Source of the DNA: Saprolegnia diclina VS20 | Lineage: Eukaryota | DNA: 64,000 nucleotides | Assembly (NCBI RefSeq): GCF_000281045.1 | Contig: NW_008246079.1 | Span: forward strand, 238,724-302,723 | Direction of reading: 5' to 3' | Part shown: positions 57,188 through 64,000 of the stretch, in pieces | Numbering within the stretch: position 1 is the first letter of the stretch | Layout: every line of letters begins with the position of its first letter | Program-made: the position numbers and the translations under genes | Notes under the pieces: generated by a model | What the model was told of the DNA's origin: nothing | Seen by the model: the letters and a program-made list of their open reading frames with translations, nothing else | Database searches by the model: none

Positions 57188-60013
57188 TCAGGCAGGGCAG
57201 AGGTTGGTGCGCACAAGCGACGACGCGACATACTCGCGGCCAAGCACCGAAACATGGTCGAGCCATGGCGACATGCTCGGGTACAAGCGCGACGCGGTGC
57301 TGCTGAGCGCCAGCCACGCCCGGCGCTGGAGCTCAATCGTGAGCTTGTCCGGGAGGTTGACAGGGTCGAGCCACTTTTGATAGCCCCAGTAGTACGCTAT
57401 GCTGAGGCATGTCGACAGCGTCGGGTCGGTGGCCACCGCACTCGCAATGAGACGGCCAGTCATCGCATGCAAAAAGTGATCCACTTGCCCATACTGCTGG
57501 CTGTGCAGCGTCGCGCGGCCCTTGGCCTCCATCTTGACGATCGCCAAGAGGACGGCTTGCACGTCGGCTTCGGTCGCATAGACCTCTTGGGGCCGGTTCA
57601 TGGGTGAGACCGGCGTCCCATATTTCGACAAGTCGATCGTCCCGAACTCGGGGAGGCGTAAGAAGTAGTGCGCAACGTTGCCAATCTCAACCTTGGTGAT
57701 AACGTGCCCAAGGACGGTGACGAACGACGTGCGCTGCACCGGGTCAAAGCGCCCTGCCGCCTGCACCCACACGCGTGTCGCTGCGAGCGTACCCGCTTCG
57801 CGCGCTTCGTACCATCCGTTGGTCGACCCGGCGTCGCCGGCAGTCATGTAGATAAAGGCGACAGCAGTGTCGGGGTCAGCGACCGCCTTGGCGACTTGAC
57901 CGGAAACGAAAAGTTCGTGGTCGTCTTGGTGCGCCGTGAGAAAGAGCGCCGAGGACGTGCGCGTTGGTGGCGCCACGGGCAGCGAGGCTTTGGGGCTGAG
58001 GACGCCAAGCGTCGACCGCGGCCGGTACAAAGCTGTGTACAAGGTGCACTTTTCGGTATAATAGGACGACGCAAAGCAGTTGGACGCCGACGGAAGGCAT
58101 TGGCGGTGGCAGTCGTCGTACGAGAGTGCGGGCACAACAAGCGTCGAGGCCAAGCCGCGCAGCACACGCCGCCCAATCGAAATCGGTGACGTCGGGTAGT
58201 TAACAAACTGGATACTTCGGAGCGGCGATGTTGTCGTCGGCACCGTGCAGCAGGTCTGTGTCGGCTCGTCGTAGAGGAAGAGAACGTTCACGGCAGCGTC
58301 CGCCTGAGCAGCCACGAGCGCTGCGCAAGCAACAACCGAGGGGATGTTGGTTGCCAAAACGCGCTTGTAGATTTCGTCGCCGACGTCCCGGTCGGTCATC
58401 GTGACGTACTGAAAGCCGTTAAGAGTCTCCGCCCACGTATGCGGGTTCTGCACCCAGCCGGCGACGACGTCGGTGTCGGCATCGACGTGGGCCACGGGCA
58501 CGACGACAGCGCAGACGCCACTCTCGACCGTGTACCCGACGCCGGCGCAGTTGTCGGTGCACGCCGCCTGGCACGCTCCGAGCGTCGGTGCCGGCACGGT
58601 TCGCACCAAGGTCGTCGGAAACTCTTGTGGCGCAAACTGAAGAAAGTTGCCGTCTTGATTGCGCATCCAGGTCGTTGCCGGCGCCGACGCGCTCGGTGCA
58701 AACGTGTGCGCCATGCAAAGCTGCGACGCCGCGACAAAGGTAAAGTACGAAAAGCCGTATGTGCTGGCCACGAGCGCACACTCGCCGGCGCTGCGCACGC
58801 GCGGAAAATACCGGACGTGCGCCGACGCAGCGAGAAGAAGCTCGTGCGGCATCCCCGCGTGCTGTGCCTGGAGTGTTTCGTTGGTCATGATCCGCTCGAA
58901 CGCCTCCAGAAACGCCTTATACGCAGACGTCTCGAGCCAGCGCGCTTGCGGCAGCACGCTGTACGCGATGCGCGGCAGCGGATACTCTCCAAAGATTTGA
59001 GTTTGCACTTTGGTCGGACCCGGCGGCTGCGGCGGCGGTGGCGATGTCGAGGGCATGCGCAGCGACCCCGAGCTCGACCCGGGGGCCGACACCTTCTTTC
59101 CTTGGTTGTTGCGGAGGCTACATACGCCGCTGGACCAGACGTAGAACGTGCACCCGGGCGTGTCGGCGCAATCTTGACAGCACGCGCTCGAGAGCACATG
59201 GCTGGTCGTCGCAAGCTGCGTCCCGTCGTAGGCGACGTCCGGCTCGGGGGCACTACAGCTGCCGGTGCCCGTGGTACCTTTTGAGCCGGCAATGGCGCCG
59301 GGCGCCACGGACGTCAGGCCTTTCGTGTGCTTGAGGTTGCACACACCCCGACCCGTGTATGTGCTCCAGACATACACAACGCAGTTGGGTGTCGCGTCGC
59401 ACTCGGCGCAACACGCGTCGGCCGAGTCCCGGGGAATCGAGACAATGTCGTTGCCAAAGTAGTCGACGTCCTTCTCGACCGTGCAGACGGCCGCTACCTT
59501 GTTAACTAGGGCGGACCGGGCACCCGCGCGAGGTGTGGGGTCGCCCACGAGGCGACGCAAGTAGCAGCGGCCGTTGTCCTCGGGCGTCCACATAAACGCT
59601 TGGCACCCCGGCGTTTTGCGGCAGTCGTCGCAACAGTCTTCGGCGCGGCGTTGGAGCGACCACGACATGTCGACGCCGAGGTATTCGGTATTTTCAAGCA
59701 CTGGCGAGCAAAACGGCGAGGAAGGTCCCGGGTTTTTCGCAGCGCGGGCGCCGGGGGCCGGCCCTTGCCACCCGATCGTGTGCTTGAGGTAGCATGTGGA
59801 GGCGCCATTCCAGACGTACACGACGCACCCCGGCGTCGCGGCACAGTCGGCACAGCAGTCCTCCGGGTTGGTCCGTGTCGTGGCTTTGATGTCGTTCCCA
59901 CTGTAGTCGACGTCCAGCTCGATCGGAGTACACACCGACGACGACATTGACGCATTATGCTGGCCACTGACGGCGGCCGCCAGCAGCAGCAATGGCAGAA
60001 GAAAGCGCCGCAT
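57188..60013 (-). CDS. Secreted PAN/Apple repeat protein fused to a PIG-L/LmbE-family de-N-acetylase domain
   Basis: Signal peptide MRRFLLPLLLLAAAVSG. Four DYxGxD...CCxxCxxTPGCxx(Y/F)VW...CxL PAN units, a Pro-rich linker and further degenerate apple units. C-terminal FLTAHQDDHELF...IYMTAGDAG...REAGTLAA...FLRLPE...DHFLH. Confidence 0.88.
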   Translation of the reverse strand: MRRFLLPLLLLAAAVSGQHNASMSSSVCTPIELDVDYSGNDIKATTRTNPEDCCADCAATPGCVVYVWNGASTCYLKHTIGWQGPAPGARAAKNPGPSSPFCSPVLENTEYLGVDMSWSLQRRAEDCCDDCRKTPGCQAFMWTPEDNGRCYLRRLVGDPTPRAGARSALVNKVAAVCTVEKDVDYFGNDIVSIPRDSADACCAECDATPNCVVYVWSTYTGRGVCNLKHTKGLTSVAPGAIAGSKGTTGTGSCSAPEPDVAYDGTQLATTSHVLSSACCQDCADTPGCTFYVWSSGVCSLRNNQGKKVSAPGSSSGSLRMPSTSPPPPQPPGPTKVQTQIFGEYPLPRIAYSVLPQARWLETSAYKAFLEAFERIMTNETLQAQHAGMPHELLLAASAHVRYFPRVRSAGECALVASTYGFSYFTFVAASQLCMAHTFAPSASAPATTWMRNQDGNFLQFAPQEFPTTLVRTVPAPTLGACQAACTDNCAGVGYTVESGVCAVVVPVAHVDADTDVVAGWVQNPHTWAETLNGFQYVTMTDRDVGDEIYKRVLATNIPSVVACAALVAAQADAAVNVLFLYDEPTQTCCTVPTTTSPLRSIQFVNYPTSPISIGRRVLRGLASTLVVPALSYDDCHRQCLPSASNCFASSYYTEKCTLYTALYRPRSTLGVLSPKASLPVAPPTRTSSALFLTAHQDDHELFVSGQVAKAVADPDTAVAFIYMTAGDAGSTNGWYEAREAGTLAATRVWVQAAGRFDPVQRTSFVTVLGHVITKVEIGNVAHYFLRLPEFGTIDLSKYGTPVSPMNRPQEVYATEADVQAVLLAIVKMEAKGRATLHSQQYGQVDHFLHAMTGRLIASAVATDPTLSTCLSIAYYWGYQKWLDPVNLPDKLTIELQRRAWLALSSTASRLYPSMSPWLDHVSVLGREYVASSLVRTNLCPA

Positions 60014-61317
60014 GCCAAGACGGACGTAAATTGCTGACTGCGCGAGCGGTGACGATCGCGCGGGCATGAGCAGCGCTCGCCAAATCAGACGCAGACAGGC
60101 GGGCGATGGTCTGATCACAACTCAGAACTTATGGATGCGATTGGCTAGAACCGGCGAATCACATGACGTCTTGCTTCATGCTAAGCCAATCAAAGCCACG
60201 ATTGGACGGCTAGATACCGCCCTTGACGGCTTCGCCTTCCCGCCAACTGGCAAAGTGGACTGTAGCTGTTGACGGAAGCACGTCGACGGCCTTTGGCTGC
60301 AGATTCGCATGTCGTGACTCGACGATGCGTGCAGCACGTGACCATGTCACTTACAATGGACGGTTGAACGAGTGAAAAAGTAGGAGGTAGCAAGCTATTG
60401 CGTCGGTTCGCTGAGGGTGCTCAGACGGCATGCTGCGGCGTCTTGTATCTGAGAACAGCCCCGTCAACGTGTACTCCTACCTTCGCTAGCATAGGAACCC
60501 GCCTTTCTGTGTCCGAGTTCAACTTTGGAGGAGTACATTGTAGCGTGAATCCCAAGCGGCCAGAGTACGGGTCGACTAATAGTATGTACCTACTAAAAGA
60601 CTAATTTCATAGTATGTACCGACTACACGCGAGGAGGGTGGGCGCAAGGATTAGGGACCTTGGTTAGACGATCTCGTCCATCGTGTTGCTCAAGTGGCGA
60701 CTCGAACTCTGCTTTGTGGGTCCACACTCGCGGGGCTCAGGCTGGGTGGACGCTCGCTGTGTTTCGTACAGAGCGGCAGTACCAGGCCCGAGAAGACTCG
60801 CATTTGATCTTGAAGATGCATATTGATGACTTTCGCAGTTGAGCCATGCGGCCATTGAGAGGAGTGCTATGCGTCTGGCTTGTCAGACTCTTGAGATCGT
60901 GGTCATCAGCAAAGAAAGAAGCGTTGCCTGTTGCAAAAGCATCTTGGTGGTGATCTGACGCTGCCAGTGGTGTTCCGATATATGCTCCGCGTTGCACCAA
61001 ACCGGCCAACAACCATATCCTTCTCGAGACGCCGAGGTTGTCGGCGTATTCTGGGTACTGCATCGGTGCCGTATGTGCTCTGTCCCTCGCGATCCAAGCG
61101 TCTCTTAGAGCAGCTGATGCGAACCATTCGAGCGGTCGATGCCTGCTTCGTTGCTCGGCACATTGATGTCTCGCCCAAAATTTACAGTGTAAAAGACAGT
61201 GTATCATGCACGAAAAACAGTGTCTCGACGAATCGTCGTGCGTCGGGTTGTGGATCCATACCGCCCTGTGATTGGCTGTTCTTGACCAATGGCCTCTCGA
61301 GGGCCAGAAAGGCCGGA

Positions 61318-62124
61318 ATGGCTCCGTTCGACGCCGTCGTGCGTGGCCCCAAGGCGCCCGCGCCGCTCGCGCGGCTGCATGGCCTGCCGTACTTTGTGAT
61401 CGCACAGATCATCTTCGCCACCAACGTATTTGTGCTCATCAACTGGTACGGCGCGATCGGCGCGCTCGCCGGCCTCGGTCTCGGCGTCTTGGGCTCGGTC
61501 CTCGACGCGCTCGTCTCCAACAGCTTTGGCCGCAACGTGCTCGTGCTGCGCTACAATGGCTTCTCCGACTGGTCCGTGCTTTGTGCGATGGCTCTCGCGC
61601 TTCTCGGCGGGCAGCTCATGAACGTCATTGTGATCGAGCACCTTGCCGGCCCTGCCGCCGTCGCCGACCTCTTGGCCGCGTCGTCGTACACGCCATGGAC
61701 GCTCGTTGGCGTGCTCGTCAACATTGGCATGAGCGAAGTGCTCTTCTACAAAGGCCATCAGTTTCTCCACGAGATGTGCCCAGAGCTGCACTTGATGCAC
61801 CACTGCTGCCTCCGACCGACGGGGTCGAGCAACCTCATTTCCGACCCACGCGACTTGGCGATTGAGCTCGGCGGCCCCGGCGCCATCTTGATCATGAACC
61901 ACTTTCTTCTCTGGGACGAAGACGCGACGGTCCTCCTCCTCTCGTACCTCTTTGTGACGTGGTACTACACCATCACGCACCACGAGTGGCTCGCCACGTA
62001 TCACATCAAGCACCACACGCGCCTGGACGCTGTCTACACGGTCTACATCAACCAGCGCGGCGACGCCCGACTCGACAAGATCAAGAATCTTCTCAAGCGG
62101 CCCCCCAAGCACGTGCTACAGTAG
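61318..62124 (+). CDS. Fatty acid hydroxylase/sterol desaturase superfamily membrane enzyme
   Basis: His boxes HQFLH, HLMHH, HHE and YHIKHH between hydrophobic helices; ATG at 61318. Confidence 0.8.
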   Translation: MAPFDAVVRGPKAPAPLARLHGLPYFVIAQIIFATNVFVLINWYGAIGALAGLGLGVLGSVLDALVSNSFGRNVLVLRYNGFSDWSVLCAMALALLGGQLMNVIVIEHLAGPAAVADLLAASSYTPWTLVGVLVNIGMSEVLFYKGHQFLHEMCPELHLMHHCCLRPTGSSNLISDPRDLAIELGGPGAILIMNHFLLWDEDATVLLLSYLFVTWYYTITHHEWLATYHIKHHTRLDAVYTVYINQRGDARLDKIKNLLKRPPKHVLQ

Positions 62125-62540
62125 CTCCATACCGGTCGCCGCCAAGGGCCGTCCTACCCTCATGCAGCAGTACTATGTCACTAGGGTTAACCTCGTGTTT
62201 TCTTGGGGCATGTCGAGCTCTTTGGTTGAGGTTTTGCATTGGGGTAGCGAGTAATCTAGCGGAGGGATCGTGTGTGACGTAGTTTGGACTCGTCGGTGGA
62301 CGGGATCATGTGCATTGAAGTGCAACATACCCTGCCCCAAACCTCGGGTTTTCTTGGCATATTGCCCTACCGCGCTAGCGTGCGGACACCGGCTACCGCC
62401 GGGTGCCCTCGCATCGCGCAAAAAGCCGTTCTTCAATGAAAAGCTCGATTCATAATGTCGAATACCAATGCGACAAGAAGACTATGTCATGAGATTACAA
62501 TCAAAAAGCTAGAAGATGCAGCAGTGAGCAACAGCGGTAT

Positions 62541-64000
62541 TTAACGCAGCGGCGCGCCAAGCGCGTGGTTGACCGAGCTCTTGCACTCGACGCCCTGCGA
62601 CGCCGTGTGGTTGGTGTTGGGGATGTACCAGCAGTGGCCACGCGCAATGCCACCGGGGACGGTCGCCGACAAGTTGAAGCCGCCAAAGACCCAGTCCTTA
62701 TCGAACGAGACCCACTGCACCTTGAGCCAGTCCTTGGAGAACGTGAGCTCCATAAAGCCGTACGGGTTGCCGGCCGCGGCCCACTGGTTGTCGATGAGCG
62801 CGTTGTGTTCGCCGACGGCCGTGTCGGTGCGGATACCGCCGCCGCCGCCGTTCTCAAAAAAGTGGGTGCCCCACGCCGACTTGTCGTGCGAGAAGCCGTG
62901 CGTGTGGCCGTTGAACCACGCGTTCACGTTGCCGTCCTGCAGCAGCTTGTACCAGCGCATGTACTTGGGCGGGCTCATATGGTAGTGCGGCGAGTAGTGC
63001 GTGTTGATGATCTTGAAGGTCGCGGTCGACGCCTTGATGTCACGCTCGGCCTGCGTGTACGAGTCCTGCGACCACGCCTCGATCTCGGCCATGCACGCAC
63101 GGTACATGGTCACGTTGCCACCCATGCACTGGGGCATGCCTTCGTTCGCGGCTTCGCAGCCCGCGTTCGAGATGCCCATCTTGGCCGAGTAGCCAAAGCA
63201 CTGGCAGCAGATCTGGCGCGCGCCGTGGCTGTCGGCGTGGTTCGTGTCCAAGTTGAAGATGTCGACCGAGACGCCGTCCTTCTCGTACGACTCGACGTAG
63301 TAGTGATCGCGCAGCACCCACCGGTCGCCGTTCGGGCTCTTGTAGTTTTGCTGGAGCTTGAAGTGCTGGTTGAGAAAGAAGAGCATCTCTTCGGTCGACT
63401 TGCACTCGTAGTACCGGTCTTCTTGGTGGCCGCAGAGGTACGACGAGCCAGCAATGTCGTGGTTGCCAAGCACGTTGAGCCACTTGATGCCGGCGAGCGA
63501 CGGCTGCGAGTACATGCGCTCGTACGTATCCGCGAACCGGTAGTGCACGTCCCACGACCCGACGCCGTTCCAGTAAAAGTTGTCGCCGTGCCCGAGGACG
63601 TACACGGGCTTGAGACCCCGGTCGGCAAACTGCGCCGCCGACTGCGCGAGGATGTTGGCCACGTAGTGCTGCGAGTAGTAGTCGACCATGTACCGCTTCA
63701 GACGCGTGTTGACCTTGCCCGCGTACATGCGGCAGCAGCTGCCAGGGTTGCCAAACTGCTTGCCGTACGTCGCGCCCCAATCACCGATCGCAAGGATCGA
63801 GAACACCGGCGCCTGCGTCTCCGGGTCCGAGCCGGGCAGCGACTTGTTGGTCATCGCCGCCGTGAGGCCCACGTGCCCAGGCACGTGCGTGGCCGAGACC
63901 TCGGGCGTCGCGATCAACGCACCCGGCGCCTTGACGTCGGCGACCGTCGTCACGGCGCCCGACGAGTGCAATGCAAGGTACACCACGGTCGAGACACCGA
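62541..64000 (-). CDS. Calcineurin-like metallophosphoesterase (tartrate-resistant/purple acid phosphatase type), 5' end outside the window
   Basis: GDWG, GDNFY, GNHD, THY and GHTH motifs in the expected order; stop TAA at 62541-62543. Confidence 0.92.
   Translation of the reverse strand, partial: GVSTVVYLALHSSGAVTTVADVKAPGALIATPEVSATHVPGHVGLTAAMTNKSLPGSDPETQAPVFSILAIGDWGATYGKQFGNPGSCCRMYAGKVNTRLKRYMVDYYSQHYVANILAQSAAQFADRGLKPVYVLGHGDNFYWNGVGSWDVHYRFADTYERMYSQPSLAGIKWLNVLGNHDIAGSSYLCGHQEDRYYECKSTEEMLFFLNQHFKLQQNYKSPNGDRWVLRDHYYVESYEKDGVSVDIFNLDTNHADSHGARQICCQCFGYSAKMGISNAGCEAANEGMPQCMGGNVTMYRACMAEIEAWSQDSYTQAERDIKASTATFKIINTHYSPHYHMSPPKYMRWYKLLQDGNVNAWFNGHTHGFSHDKSAWGTHFFENGGGGGIRTDTAVGEHNALIDNQWAAAGNPYGFMELTFSKDWLKVQWVSFDKDWVFGGFNLSATVPGGIARGHCWYIPNTNHTASQGVECKSSVNHALGAPLR

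Noticed and set aside
9958..62124. Sterol-modification gene cluster (P450 plus hydroxylase)
   Set aside because: The genes are about 50 kb apart with many unrelated genes between them; no evidence of clustering.

Overview
Eukaryotic, GC-rich, gene-dense sequence with many short (about 40-60 nt) GT-AG introns and oomycete-type core promoter motifs. Gene content suggests a Saprolegniales oomycete, probably Saprolegnia (inference from gene families, not a database match). About 27 protein-coding genes can be supported. Duplicated or repeated families: an inverted pair of CDF zinc transporters, three HA (helicase-associated) repeat proteins, two ankyrin proteins, two PH-like paralogues and two tandem CNBD-type K+ channels. 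Single-copy genes: a Tudor-repeat array, a KCTD-type BTB protein, a CYP7/8-like P450, a 1,735-aa internally duplicated membrane protein, a stand-alone Gsp-amidase-type CHAP protein, an ABC half-transporter, a WBP2/GRAM protein, a permuted NlpC/P60 enzyme, a Lys-rich protein, a probable CAMK pseudokinase, a Cys/His 'HGGG' repeat protein, a divergent frataxin-like protein, a mitochondrial carrier, a secreted Cys-rich repeat protein, an SS18/GIF-like protein, a PAN/Apple-PIG-L deacetylase fusion, a fatty-acid-hydroxylase-family enzyme and a metallophosphoesterase. Most interesting: (1) an ABC half-transporter fused to an N-terminal voltage-sensor-like domain plus an EF-hand-like loop; (2) a CYP7-like P450 as a candidate 7-oxo-sterol (antheridiol/oogoniol-type) hormone enzyme; (3) a secreted Apple-domain/de-N-acetylase fusion. 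No rRNA, tRNA, CRISPR array or recognisable intact transposon was seen. Exon boundaries were derived by eye and family calls come from motif recognition only.
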